Shown here: one piece after another, positions 10,179 through 19,907 of the stretch
Layout: each line of letters begins with the position of its first letter
How positions within the stretch are numbered: position 1 is the stretch's first letter
DNA from: an uncultured SAR116 cluster alpha proteobacterium
Lineage (GTDB): Bacteria > Pseudomonadota > Alphaproteobacteria > Puniceispirillales > Puniceispirillaceae
Length of the DNA stretch: 64,000 nt
Reading direction: 5' to 3'
NCBI GenBank assembly: GCA_902632595.1
Contig: CACPDC010000007.1
Location: 3,176 to 67,175 of the forward strand
The notes under the pieces: generated by a model
What the model was told of the DNA's origin: nothing
What the model saw: the letters and a program-made list of their open reading frames with translations, nothing else
Databases searched by the model: none
Program-made: the position numbers and the translations under genes

Positions 10179-11159
10179 GTGAGCGAAAGTTTAACAAATT
10201 ATTTATCGTGTTCCCTTGACCAAAATCAATTAGGTATTGCAATTAAAGATACTATTCTATCTCTAGGAGATGCATCAAAACAAATAGCTTTTTCTCTCTC
10301 TAAAAATGGTTTGCCAGATAATCAAATGGGAGTCCCAATTGGTGATACCAATTCAGATGGTGACTTTAAAAAAGCGCTAGATGTTTTTGCAGATGAAGCA
10401 ATTATAGCTGAGATTGCTAACAAGCATGTTGCTGCTTATTTTTCGGAGGAGCAAGACAAAGTTCTGTTGCTCGAACCAGATGGGGCTCTTATTCTTTGCA
10501 CTGACCCATTGGATGGTTCATCAAATATTGACAATAACTTATCTGTTGGCACTATATTTTCAATTCTTCCAAGAATGAATGATAGATTTGAGGCAAAATA
10601 TTTAGAAAATGATGCTCTTCAACCTGGGGTGAGTCAGCTCGCAAGTGGCTTTTTTATATACGGCCCGCAGACGACTTTAATGTTGACAATCGGTAATGGC
10701 GTTGCGGCATTTATCCTTGATAAGGATGAGTTCGTTAAAATGCAGTGGGTACCAAAATTACCACTTCATGGAAGTCAGTTTGCTATTAATATGTCGAATA
10801 CGAGGTTTTGGTCTCAGAAAGCTAGAGATTACATTCAGAAATGTCTAGATGGTTTGGATGGTTCATTCGCTAAAAATTATAATATGAGGTGGTGTGGCTC
10901 TCTTGTTGCCGACTCATGGAGAATTTTCCGGGAGGGAGGAATATTTCTTTACCCTGAGGATAGGAGAAAGAATTATGATACAGGAAGGCTGCGTTTAGTT
11001 TACGAGGCAAACCCAATTGCTTTTCTGGTGGAACAAGCTGGTGGACGAGCGTCGAATGGAAAGAGAGAAATACTGAAGATCAAACCAAGGGCTATACACG
11101 AAAGAGTGCCGCTGATTTTTGGGTCTAAAGGGGATGTCATAAACTACGAGTCTCAGTAA
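10179..11159 (+). CDS. fbp: fructose-1,6-bisphosphatase class 1
   Basis: DPLDGSSNID metal-binding motif, colinear with class I FBPase. GTG at 10179 preceded by AAGGAGAG; the ORF-track TTG at 10158 lies inside the terminator. Confidence 0.85.
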   Translation: MSESLTNYLSCSLDQNQLGIAIKDTILSLGDASKQIAFSLSKNGLPDNQMGVPIGDTNSDGDFKKALDVFADEAIIAEIANKHVAAYFSEEQDKVLLLEPDGALILCTDPLDGSSNIDNNLSVGTIFSILPRMNDRFEAKYLENDALQPGVSQLASGFFIYGPQTTLMLTIGNGVAAFILDKDEFVKMQWVPKLPLHGSQFAINMSNTRFWSQKARDYIQKCLDGLDGSFAKNYNMRWCGSLVADSWRIFREGGIFLYPEDRRKNYDTGRLRLVYEANPIAFLVEQAGGRASNGKREILKIKPRAIHERVPLIFGSKGDVINYESQ

Positions 11160-11209
11160 ACAAAGCGGAAGTTGAACAATAAAAATAATATCAATTAAGA
11201 GGATATGAT

Positions 11210-12271
11210 ATGTTAATTACTTTAAGACAATTGTTAGACCATGCAGCTGAAAATGGATATGGCTTACCTGCGTTTAATATAAATAATTTAGAGCAAGGAC
11301 TTGCTATTTTGATGGCTGCAAAAAAAACTAATTCACCTGTAATTATCCAGGCATCAAGAGGTGCAAGAGCATATGCAGGTGATTTATTGCTTCAAGCATT
11401 GATTAAAGGATTGATAGGAACTTATCCGAGTATTCCTATTTGCATGCATCAGGACCATGGTAACTCAATGGCTACTTGCATGACGGCGATTCAATATGGT
11501 TTTTCGTCTGTAATGATGGATGGTTCTCTTGAGACAGACGGAAAAACCGCTGCTAGTTACGAATATAATGTATCGGTAACTTCTTCTGTTGCCCAGATGG
11601 CACACTATGCAGGTGTTTCTGTTGAAGGCGAACTTGGAATATTGGGTTCCCTTGAGACAGGGGAAGGTGAGAGTGAAGATGGACATGGTGTAGAAGGTAA
11701 AATCGATCAAGCCCAGTTGCTCACGGACCCGGAACAAGCTGTCCAATTTGTTAGAGCAACAAAGGTAGATGCACTAGCTATTGCTATGGGGACAAGCCAT
11801 GGTGCGTATAAATTTTCTCGAAAACCTGATGGAGAGATTTTAGCAATGCACGTTATTGAAGAAATTCATAACAGGCTACCTAACACCCATTTAGTAATGC
11901 ATGGTTCATCTTCCGTACCTCAGGATTTACAGGACATTTTTAATGCCTATGGTGGCGAGATGCCTCAGACATGGGGTGTTCCACTTGCAGAAATAGAACG
12001 TGGAATTAAAAATGGAGTACGGAAGGTCAATATTGACACTGACTGCAGACTTGCAATGGCTGGTATCATTCGAAAGGTTGCACAAGAGCAAAAAGGTGAA
12101 TTTGATTTAAGAAAATTTATGAAGCCAGCTAGAGATGCTATGGAAGCAGTCTGTATCGATAGGTTTGAACGTTTTGGAGCTGCTGGCCAAGCTGATAAAA
12201 TAAAACCATTATCACTTAAGCAGATGTCTGAAAAATATCAGTTAGGAGAATTGGAACCCGTTGTAAGTTAA
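11210..12271 (+). CDS. fba: fructose-bisphosphate aldolase class II
   Basis: LPAFNINNLE, HQDHG, GELG and SHGAYKF motifs of class II (Zn) aldolases, 353 aa. Confidence 0.88.
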   Translation: MLITLRQLLDHAAENGYGLPAFNINNLEQGLAILMAAKKTNSPVIIQASRGARAYAGDLLLQALIKGLIGTYPSIPICMHQDHGNSMATCMTAIQYGFSSVMMDGSLETDGKTAASYEYNVSVTSSVAQMAHYAGVSVEGELGILGSLETGEGESEDGHGVEGKIDQAQLLTDPEQAVQFVRATKVDALAIAMGTSHGAYKFSRKPDGEILAMHVIEEIHNRLPNTHLVMHGSSSVPQDLQDIFNAYGGEMPQTWGVPLAEIERGIKNGVRKVNIDTDCRLAMAGIIRKVAQEQKGEFDLRKFMKPARDAMEAVCIDRFERFGAAGQADKIKPLSLKQMSEKYQLGELEPVVS

Positions 12272-13143
12272 TATGTCTTATTAATATTGTTTATTTTCAC
12301 CAATATCAGAGGGTCGAGGCGTCTATCAAGTAAATTTATTCTCCAGTCCAAATGTGGCCCGGTTGAACGTCCCGTAGAGCCAACAGTCCCTATTTTCTCT
12401 CCTCTTTTTATATTTTCCCCTGTTTTAACAGATATTGTATTAAGGTGCGAGTAAGTGCTAGAGATATAATCGCCATGTGAGATGATTACTGTCCAACCCG
12501 TAAAATATAGTTTCTCTGCCATGACAACATGTCCGGATGCTGTTGCAGCAACGGGCTCACCTAACGGTGCTGCTATATCAATTCCAAAGTGTGGCTGTCT
12601 AGGCTTCCCGTTCAGTATGCGCTGGTCTCCGTAGATGCTCGTTATGGTGCCATAAACGGGCCAGTTAAAACCATTTGTAAAATAGTCTGTTGAATTTCCT
12701 TTGATCGATCGTGCTTTTTTTACCATTTTGAAGTCATTGGCAATTTGTTCTAGAACATGTGTAGGAGGCGTTACCATTTCGGGTGCCAGTCCATCAATTT
12801 TTTGTATTTTGTAATGTCGTTGAGATGGTTGTATTTTTAAAGAAAAAGGGGATCCATCTTTGCAAAGCCCCTCTATAGTTCGCATGGCCAGATCATCTCT
12901 ATGAAATCCGACAACAAAACCGTTCTCCTTATTTACAATGATTGGCTCACCATCAAGGTTTATTTCCGTCGCATAGCTTGAATCGTAAAAGATCAGACCT
13001 CCTTGAATAGCCTCTCCTTTGATAAAATTGACGCATGCAGCAGCCGAGTTATCAGAAAATATAAGGCTTTTGGTGAAAATAATAATGAAAGTTAAAAAAT
13101 TAGTTAAAGTTCGCTTGATGCAATTAAGGCTTATAGTTAACAT
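12268..13143 (-). CDS. M23 family (LytM-type) metallopeptidase
   Basis: HFGIDIAAPLGEPVAATASGHV and GSTGRSTGPHLDW zinc-ligand motifs; N-terminal signal/anchor. Confidence 0.8.
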   Translation of the reverse strand: MLTISLNCIKRTLTNFLTFIIIFTKSLIFSDNSAAACVNFIKGEAIQGGLIFYDSSYATEINLDGEPIIVNKENGFVVGFHRDDLAMRTIEGLCKDGSPFSLKIQPSQRHYKIQKIDGLAPEMVTPPTHVLEQIANDFKMVKKARSIKGNSTDYFTNGFNWPVYGTITSIYGDQRILNGKPRQPHFGIDIAAPLGEPVAATASGHVVMAEKLYFTGWTVIISHGDYISSTYSHLNTISVKTGENIKRGEKIGTVGSTGRSTGPHLDWRINLLDRRLDPLILVKINNINKTY

Positions 13144-13208
13144 ACTAAAAATTTCTGCCTTTTAAGTTTTTGAATAAGTTTCAAAACGATACTACAAGAT
13201 AACATATT

Positions 13209-14147
13209 ATGACTGATTCACACGAAAAAATGATCATAATCGGCGCTGGAGCTGCAGGGTATACTGCGGCGATCTACGCTGCAAGAGCAAATTTATCACC
13301 GGTAGTCCTTGCTGGCCTGCAACCGGGTGGGCAACTTACTATCACTACTGATGTTGAAAACTATCCTGGATTTGCTGATGTTGTCCAGGGACCGTGGTTG
13401 ATGCAGGAAATGCAACAACAGGCTGAAAAAGTGGGTTCCAGAATTATTTATGATATAGCTACATCAATAAATACTGAATTAAATCCAATGCAAGTCATTT
13501 TAGATAGTGGTGAAATTATGACAACCGACACTATTATAATAGCAACTGGTGCGCAAGCACGATGGCTTGGAATTGAAAGTGAAACGATATATAATGGACG
13601 GGGAGTGTCTGCATGTGCAACCTGTGATGGATTTTTTTTTAGAGAACGAGATGTAGTAGTTATTGGGGGTGGCAATACAGCTGTTGAAGAAGCCCTTTAT
13701 CTATCAAACCTATGTAATTCAGTTACATTAATTCATCGGCGTGACACTCTTCGCGCAGAGCAAATCCTCCAAGACCGTCTTTTTAAACAGGCAAATATTT
13801 GTGTTGAATGGAATTATAATGTGACCAAAATATTAGGTAGTGATTCAGGTGTAAATGGAGTTTGTCTAACGTCTACTAAAGACGGCTCTCAGAAAGAGAT
13901 AAGCACGCAAGGTGTTTTTGTTGCTATTGGGCATGACCCAGCAACTAAGCCTTTTAAAAACATACTTGATTTAGACGAAGAAGGATACATCCTCGTAAAA
14001 GCTGGAACAACTCTTACATCAAAAAAAGGCGTTTTCGCTGCTGGTGATTGTGTTGATAAAATATATAGACAAGCGGTAACTGCTGCTGGAATGGGTTGCA
14101 TGGCCGCACTAGATGCTGAAAAATACTTAGCCTCTATTGGCGACTAA
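13209..14147 (+). CDS. trxB: thioredoxin-disulfide reductase
   Basis: GAGAAGYTAAIYAAR FAD motif, redox centre CATCDG, GGGNTAVEEA NADPH motif, 312 aa. Confidence 0.92.
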   Translation: MTDSHEKMIIIGAGAAGYTAAIYAARANLSPVVLAGLQPGGQLTITTDVENYPGFADVVQGPWLMQEMQQQAEKVGSRIIYDIATSINTELNPMQVILDSGEIMTTDTIIIATGAQARWLGIESETIYNGRGVSACATCDGFFFRERDVVVIGGGNTAVEEALYLSNLCNSVTLIHRRDTLRAEQILQDRLFKQANICVEWNYNVTKILGSDSGVNGVCLTSTKDGSQKEISTQGVFVAIGHDPATKPFKNILDLDEEGYILVKAGTTLTSKKGVFAAGDCVDKIYRQAVTAAGMGCMAALDAEKYLASIGD

Positions 14148-14192
14148 ATAAAAAAGTTATGCTAAATTTATAGCCAAAAAAATGCTGAACCT

Positions 14193-15416
14193 TTAAGCTA
14201 TAGCGGGTGTCTCTCGCTTTGGAATTTGAATGAAGAAATTAATGGCACTAGCAAAAATTCCCGCGGATATTGCAATGCTCCACATGGTAAGATAGCTACC
14301 AGAAATATCATAAATATAGCCAGCATACCAAGCACCAAAAAATGAGCCAATCTGATGTGATAAGAATACCATTCCGTATAACATTGTGACATGACTTGGT
14401 CCAAAAAAAACTACCACAAGCCCGCTCGTAAGGGGCACGGTACCAAGCCATAAGAGCCCTATCGCAGCTCCAAAAAGTAAGGCTATAGCAGTGGATGGTG
14501 GCATAAAAACAAATAAGGCGATAACAATCGACCTTAGCAGATAAATACAAGCAAGAAGATTCTTTTTAGAAAATTTTCCTCCTAAATAGCCTGCTGTGAA
14601 AGATCCTATAATATTAAATAAACCAACTAGCGCAAGGGCCCAACTTCCGGTAGTTTTAGTTAAACCAATATCATTTATGTATGTAGGAAGATGCGTTGCA
14701 ATAAACGCCACATGTAATCCGCAAACAAAAAAGCCAGTTGTAAGCAATAAATAATTTTTATCTTTAAAGGCCGTTGATAAAGCTTGTTTTGCTGTAATTG
14801 CATCTGCAAGTTTGACTGATGAAGTGCGTTCCCCTTCTGGGATCCGAAGGCCAAGTGAAAAAATGGTGACAATAGCAATACAGATGGCAAGCACAATATA
14901 GGCTAATTGCCATCCAAAATTTGTCAGAAGGTTTTGGCTAAAGGGTAACATCATAAACTGACCAAAAGAGCCAATTGCAGTTACTAATCCAAGTGCAATA
15001 CCTATTTTTTCCTTTGGGGCTGCTTTAGCCACTGCCCCCAGTGCAACAGACATACCAGCGCTTGCTAGTGCCATTCCGACTAGAAGCTGTCCTATAATTA
15101 AGGTTGTGGGGTTCATAAAACCAGCCATAAGTATCAACCCCGTTATATAAAATACCCCCCCAGCGACACATATACGTGCTGGACCATATTTATCTGCCAT
15201 AGCTCCAAAAACAGGTGCCGCTAGTCCCCAAGTCAAATTTTGAAGCGCAATTGCAAGAGAAAATAAAGTTCTTCCTTCGCCAAGAAAATCACTAATAGGA
15301 AGTAAAAATAAGCCAAAACTTTGGCGTATACCCATACCAACGGAGACAATAGCTCCGCTTGAAATTAAAACAATAATCCAATTTATCTTTGGCGGCCCAG
15401 TCTGCTGAATGGCCAT
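14193..15416 (-). CDS. MFS transporter
   Basis: 12 hydrophobic segments, 407 aa, MFS-like loop GAMADKYGPAR between TM2 and TM3. Confidence 0.75.
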   Translation of the reverse strand: MAIQQTGPPKINWIIVLISSGAIVSVGMGIRQSFGLFLLPISDFLGEGRTLFSLAIALQNLTWGLAAPVFGAMADKYGPARICVAGGVFYITGLILMAGFMNPTTLIIGQLLVGMALASAGMSVALGAVAKAAPKEKIGIALGLVTAIGSFGQFMMLPFSQNLLTNFGWQLAYIVLAICIAIVTIFSLGLRIPEGERTSSVKLADAITAKQALSTAFKDKNYLLLTTGFFVCGLHVAFIATHLPTYINDIGLTKTTGSWALALVGLFNIIGSFTAGYLGGKFSKKNLLACIYLLRSIVIALFVFMPPSTAIALLFGAAIGLLWLGTVPLTSGLVVVFFGPSHVTMLYGMVFLSHQIGSFFGAWYAGYIYDISGSYLTMWSIAISAGIFASAINFFIQIPKRETPAIA

Positions 15417-15518
15417 AATAAAAGCCTTTACTGAAATGAAAATAAACTATGTCACAATCCCAAAATAACTTAAGTATGTCTACCAAAATCACTTATGCTC
15501 TTTTGTAAAGATTTAGTT

Positions 15519-16424
15519 TTACTTAAGTCTCTCAATTGATTCATTTATATTTTGGATTAATGAGGATATGTATTCTGGTATTGTAGTGATGTGACTAACA
15601 TTGTTGCCAAAGGTAATATCTCTAGACGAATTAACAAGCCCTCCTTGGTAACCTATTTTTTCATTAACATATTTTAATCCACAAAGTGCCATTGATGCAT
15701 TTGCTCCCTGTGCTCCAAATCCTGGGATAAGAAATGGGCTAGATGGCAAGACTCTTCTTATAAACATTGCTTCTCTTGGGTTTGTTGCTCCCACAACTAC
15801 TCCAATGGAGGACCACCCTGTTTTCCCATGATGTAAGTTGACGATTGGGGATAGTTTATCCGCTAAATGTTGGTAAATGGGCTTATCATCACTGTTCAAT
15901 TCCTGCAAATCAGATGAGCCAGGATTACTAGTTTTAAGAAGTATAAATAGTCCATTACTCCCTCTTATAGCCTGGTCAATAAAAGGTTCCAATGTGTCCA
16001 ACCCAAGGAATGGATTAACGGTAAGAGCATCACATTGAAAAGCAGCATCTCTTCCAAGCCAAGCACTTGCATAGGCACTAGAAGTTGAGCCAATATCGCC
16101 TCGTTTAGCATCCATTATTACAAGTAACCCAGCACTTCTTGCTACCTTCCCAATACGTTGAAGAACCTCCATTCCTTCTGGACCAAATTTCTCAAATAAA
16201 GCAACTTGAGGTTTTACGGCAGGAACTCTTTTATGGGCTGCTTCAATACAAGATAAGCAAAAAGATTCTACTTTCTCTATAAGTTGTTTTTTATTTGAGC
16301 TCTTAAAACATTCTGGCATTAGAGAAATGTGGGGATCTATGCCAACGCATAAAGGAGTTTGAAACTTTTTTAGCGCTATTGATAGCCTATCCCCGAATGG
16401 TGGCGTATTTACAGTTTCTTTCAT
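15519..16424 (-). CDS. pyrF: orotidine 5'-phosphate decarboxylase (type 2)
   Basis: DAKRGDIGST active-site motif and about 300 aa length, typical of type 2 PyrF. Confidence 0.82.
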   Translation of the reverse strand: MKETVNTPPFGDRLSIALKKFQTPLCVGIDPHISLMPECFKSSNKKQLIEKVESFCLSCIEAAHKRVPAVKPQVALFEKFGPEGMEVLQRIGKVARSAGLLVIMDAKRGDIGSTSSAYASAWLGRDAAFQCDALTVNPFLGLDTLEPFIDQAIRGSNGLFILLKTSNPGSSDLQELNSDDKPIYQHLADKLSPIVNLHHGKTGWSSIGVVVGATNPREAMFIRRVLPSSPFLIPGFGAQGANASMALCGLKYVNEKIGYQGGLVNSSRDITFGNNVSHITTIPEYISSLIQNINESIERLK

Positions 16425-16430
16425 TGAAAA

Positions 16431-16711
16431 TTAATCATCTTTGGTTGTATTTGGCATCTCAATCAAACCAACAGCTTCACGATAATTCGAAAGCAAAATG
16501 TCCTGTTCAGCCAGCACCTCTATATCAAGGCATCGCATTTTAATGATTTGACGCATAATTTTTGGCTCAAAACCTGTAGCACGGGCTTCTGTATATATAT
16601 CTCGAATATCTGCCATAAGTGCGCTTTTTTTTCCTCTAAGCGCTCTATTCGTTCAATAAACTGTGATAATTGATTTGCATTGGTGTTGGCAGTTATTATC
16701 GATTCTGACAT
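16431..16711 (-). pseudogene. gapR: GapR-like UPF0335/DUF2312 nucleoid-associated protein gene, interrupted by a 1-nt frameshift in an A8 run
   Basis: ORF 16520-16711 gives MSESIITANTNANQLSQFIERIERLEEKKA.. and ORF 16431-16616 gives MADIRDIYTEARATGFEPKIMRQIIKMR... Together they are colinear with DUF2312/GapR. The frames meet at T8 (plus strand 16625-16632). Confidence 0.75.
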
Positions 16712-16735
16712 AATTAAGTAACCCTGTGATAATTT

Positions 16736-17044
16736 TTATATATTTTTCTCAAACTGAATTTGCTGTTTGATATTACTCTCAGTCTGATATTTTTCTTTCC
16801 ATTCAGAATAGGGCATTCCATAAACTATCTCCCTCGCTTCATCTTTAGAGAGCAAAACTTCTTTTTCTTTAGCGGCATCTTGATACCAACCCGAGAGGCA
16901 ATTTCTGCAGAATCCCGCCAAATTCATAAGATCAATATTTTGAACATCTGTTCTATTTCTGAGATGAGCCACCAGTCGTCGAAACGCAGCTGCCTGAAAT
17001 TCAACTTCTGTTTGGTCAATTTTTTCATTTATGGTTTTATTCAT
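16736..17044 (-). CDS. DUF1244 domain protein
   Basis: AAFRRLVAHLRNRTDVQNIDLMNLAGFCRNCLSGWY is the DUF1244 core. ATG at 17044 with AGGGAA upstream preferred over the TTG at 17071. Confidence 0.7.
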   Translation of the reverse strand: MNKTINEKIDQTEVEFQAAAFRRLVAHLRNRTDVQNIDLMNLAGFCRNCLSGWYQDAAKEKEVLLSKDEAREIVYGMPYSEWKEKYQTESNIKQQIQFEKNI

Positions 17045-17241
17045 AGCATAATTCCCTAGTATGGTGCGCAAATCTCTTTAAGAACATATTACTACAATAT
17101 CATGTTTTTATAATAATGTGGGTATCTCATTTTAATTTAGTTAAAAATGCAAAAAAATAAAAATTAAAAAAGCGACTTTAAAAACTTTGCCAATACTAAA
17201 AAGTTTTAATATGATTATTTAAGAAAAAATAAGAGGCACGA

Positions 17242-17673
17242 ATGAAAAAAGAGTCCTTCATTTCTGAAACTCAAAGTGCAGACAAGTTTGAGCGTATAAG
17301 GCGCGCACACCAATCTGAGATCGCAGAAGATTACGTAGAGATGATTTCTGATTTAATAGCTGAAACAGGTGAGGCACGGGCAGTGGATTTGGCAACTCGC
17401 TTTGGTGTAACCAGTCCTACAGTGAATGCAACCATTCAGAGGCTACAAAGAGAGGGTTTGGTCGAAAGTAGACCATATAGGTCTATTTTTTTAACACAAG
17501 CAGGTAAAAAATTAGCAGAGGCTAGCCGCTTGAAGCATCAAGTCGTTCGAGATTTTCTCATTGCAATTGGAGTAAATGACGACGTTGCAGAGCAGGATGC
17601 AGAGGGTGTGGAGCATCATGTGAGCGAGCAGACTTTATCAAAATTCAAGGAGTTTCTAAGGATAAAGTCATAA
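17242..17673 (+). CDS. mntR: DtxR/MntR family metal-dependent transcriptional repressor
   Basis: EDYVEMISDLI..ARAVDLATRFGVTSPTVNATIQRLQREGLV winged-helix region plus dimerisation/metal domain, 143 aa. Confidence 0.7.
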   Translation: MKKESFISETQSADKFERIRRAHQSEIAEDYVEMISDLIAETGEARAVDLATRFGVTSPTVNATIQRLQREGLVESRPYRSIFLTQAGKKLAEASRLKHQVVRDFLIAIGVNDDVAEQDAEGVEHHVSEQTLSKFKEFLRIKS

Positions 17674-17728
17674 AAAATTTCCAAAAAATGAATAATATTT
17701 CTTGTTTTACCAACATAAAAATTAATGT

Positions 17729-19222
17729 TTAATTTTTACCCAAATAAAAGTAATAATTTCGATATGTTTCTTTAGCAATTTTATGATTGGATGTTCCTAT
17801 CATGCCAATCCATTCAATTCCCTCTATCGATGGTGCTTCTTGTTGTTTAGCCAGTGCAATAATTGGAGACGGTGTGTTTTTATTATAGCTATATTTAAGT
17901 TCGAAATGATTGCTTGGTCTGTTATCGATATCATGAACTACAATTTGCACGGGTTCGTCATGAAAGTGCCATTTCAAAATAGAGGCTGTAACTCTTCTAT
18001 CAGCAATTATAGTCTTTACGTTGTGTAAGTTAATTTGAATCTCCAGGTCTGACCCAAGTGATTCCCACCCCCTTACTCTTCTTAATGGGTCAGAATCTGG
18101 TGTTAGTTGCCCCATATGACCAGTAATTACCACGCTAATAATGGTAACACTGATAACTGCATTTATAAAAATAGTTACCGCACTGAAAGTTTGTCTTGTG
18201 AAATTACCTAACCACCCTGCCACTAACAAAGTTGCAGCCGGGTAAGCAGCAACAGCCCAATTTGCATTTGCCTCTTTAATATAAGCTTGGATCGATATTA
18301 TTAATAAAATCGGTATAGAAAATGAGAGTAGAAACAAACTATGTTTTTCCCATTTGAATACTGCAGCTAAAAAGCAAATAAGGCTAAGTGGACCAAATAC
18401 AAAAAATTGTGCTTGCCAGAAGTTTTTCAATCCTTCAAATGAAAAAGATGGCTGAGATAAATTGGCATTTTCAGATAGATGCATAATGGTTACTAAACCA
18501 TTATTTAAATTCCATAAAAGATTAGGTGTTAGCACTAATAAACTTCCAATAGTTAATGTCATAAAACACAAAAAACGTTTTGAATAAGAAGACACATGAG
18601 CTGCCATCAGCCATAGGCTTGCACAAACTAAAAAGTATATTCCAGCATATTTAGAAAGGAGTGCAAGTCCTGCAAAAAAACCAATTATAAGATATTTTCT
18701 TGCAGATAAATGGGTTACTGAATTTGATGGTAAAATAAGATATAATGCTATGCACCAAAATAATAACATGGGTGTATCTGTTGAAATGACAGAGCTACCA
18801 AGACCAACTGCCGGCATTAACGCCCATAATAATGCAGATATCCGTCCTATTCTTGATGCTGTCGGAGAATCTTCGTGCAATTTATACGCACATCTCCATA
18901 AAATAAGTGATATTAGAAATTGTATTACCGGAGCAAACATCCTAACGCCAAAACTGGTATGTCCTGTAATCGCGTCGGAAGTCCCTATTATCCATGCTAT
19001 AATTGGTGGCTTTGAATAATATCCAAGTGACAAATCCTGACTCCAGACCCAATATTGAGCCTCATCAACGTAAAGTTCCAGTGGGGTTACAAAAATAGCG
19101 TAGAGACGCGCACTTAATAGAAATACTAAACCTACTAAAGTAAAAATGTCTGCATACCTCCAATCATAGGATGCGTATCGCATACTTGGTTTTGTAAAAT
19201 GTTTTTGGAAACGATCACCCAT
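17729..19222 (-). CDS. GT-C fold glycosyltransferase (family 39/83, ArnT/PMT-like)
   Basis: Polytopic 497-aa protein with N-terminal loop DEAQYWVWSQDLSLGYYSKPP, typical of ArnT/PMT_2 enzymes. Confidence 0.7.
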   Translation of the reverse strand: MGDRFQKHFTKPSMRYASYDWRYADIFTLVGLVFLLSARLYAIFVTPLELYVDEAQYWVWSQDLSLGYYSKPPIIAWIIGTSDAITGHTSFGVRMFAPVIQFLISLILWRCAYKLHEDSPTASRIGRISALLWALMPAVGLGSSVISTDTPMLLFWCIALYLILPSNSVTHLSARKYLIIGFFAGLALLSKYAGIYFLVCASLWLMAAHVSSYSKRFLCFMTLTIGSLLVLTPNLLWNLNNGLVTIMHLSENANLSQPSFSFEGLKNFWQAQFFVFGPLSLICFLAAVFKWEKHSLFLLSFSIPILLIISIQAYIKEANANWAVAAYPAATLLVAGWLGNFTRQTFSAVTIFINAVISVTIISVVITGHMGQLTPDSDPLRRVRGWESLGSDLEIQINLHNVKTIIADRRVTASILKWHFHDEPVQIVVHDIDNRPSNHFELKYSYNKNTPSPIIALAKQQEAPSIEGIEWIGMIGTSNHKIAKETYRNYYFYLGKN

Positions 19223-19409
19223 GATTTTTATCTATGCCTAAAAAGTCTAATATTGTTTTAAAAAAACTAAAATTTTCTATTGAGATTGTGTTTTATACTT
19301 ATAATATAAATTTTCTCATGAATATGAGATAAAATCAAATAGGCTTGTTAAACTAAAATATTTTTATTTTATTGTGTTTTTTTGTAATTATATTGGTTAG
19401 TGAGTTGGC

Positions 19410-19829
19410 ATGGAAAAAGATATTTTAGCCGAAATAGAAGAAATAATAGATGAGTTCTCATTTTTCGACGATTGGGCAGATAGATACCAACATTTAATTG
19501 ACCTTGGTAGGAAACTACCAGGCATTTCATGTGAGTATCAAAACAACGCTTATAAGCTATCAGGCTGTCAGTCCACCGTGTTTTTTGTTGCTAAAAAGAC
19601 GGACGAAAATCTAATCCAATTTAAAGCACAGTCTGATGCCGCAATAGTCCAGGGTCTAGTCGCACTTATACTACGCGTTTACTCAGGACGGTCTGCAGAC
19701 GAGATAATTAATACAAGACCCGACTTTTTAAAACAAATTGGGCTAGATAAGCATCTATCTCCTTCTAGAAAAAATGGTTTGGCAGCGATGATTTCAAAAA
19801 TAAAATCATCGGCGATGGAATTAAAGTAA
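19410..19829 (+). CDS. sufE: SufE family cysteine desulfuration protein
   Basis: DRYQHLIDLG, conserved sulfur-acceptor Cys in LSGCQSTVFF, 139 aa. Confidence 0.75.
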   Translation: MEKDILAEIEEIIDEFSFFDDWADRYQHLIDLGRKLPGISCEYQNNAYKLSGCQSTVFFVAKKTDENLIQFKAQSDAAIVQGLVALILRVYSGRSADEIINTRPDFLKQIGLDKHLSPSRKNGLAAMISKIKSSAMELK

Positions 19830-19907
19830 AACCTTTAATTCTACTTTTAATTCATAACTGAAAAATTTTAAATATATTTTCAGGAATTTATCTTAATGAT
19901 TTAAAAG

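Noticed and set aside
17181-17207. Inverted repeat AAAACTTT-N11-AAAGTTTT upstream of mntR, considered as a possible MntR/DtxR operator.
   Set aside because: The arms are only 8 bp and purely A/T-rich apart from one G/C pair. This is easily generated by base composition and does not resemble the known DtxR/MntR box consensus.
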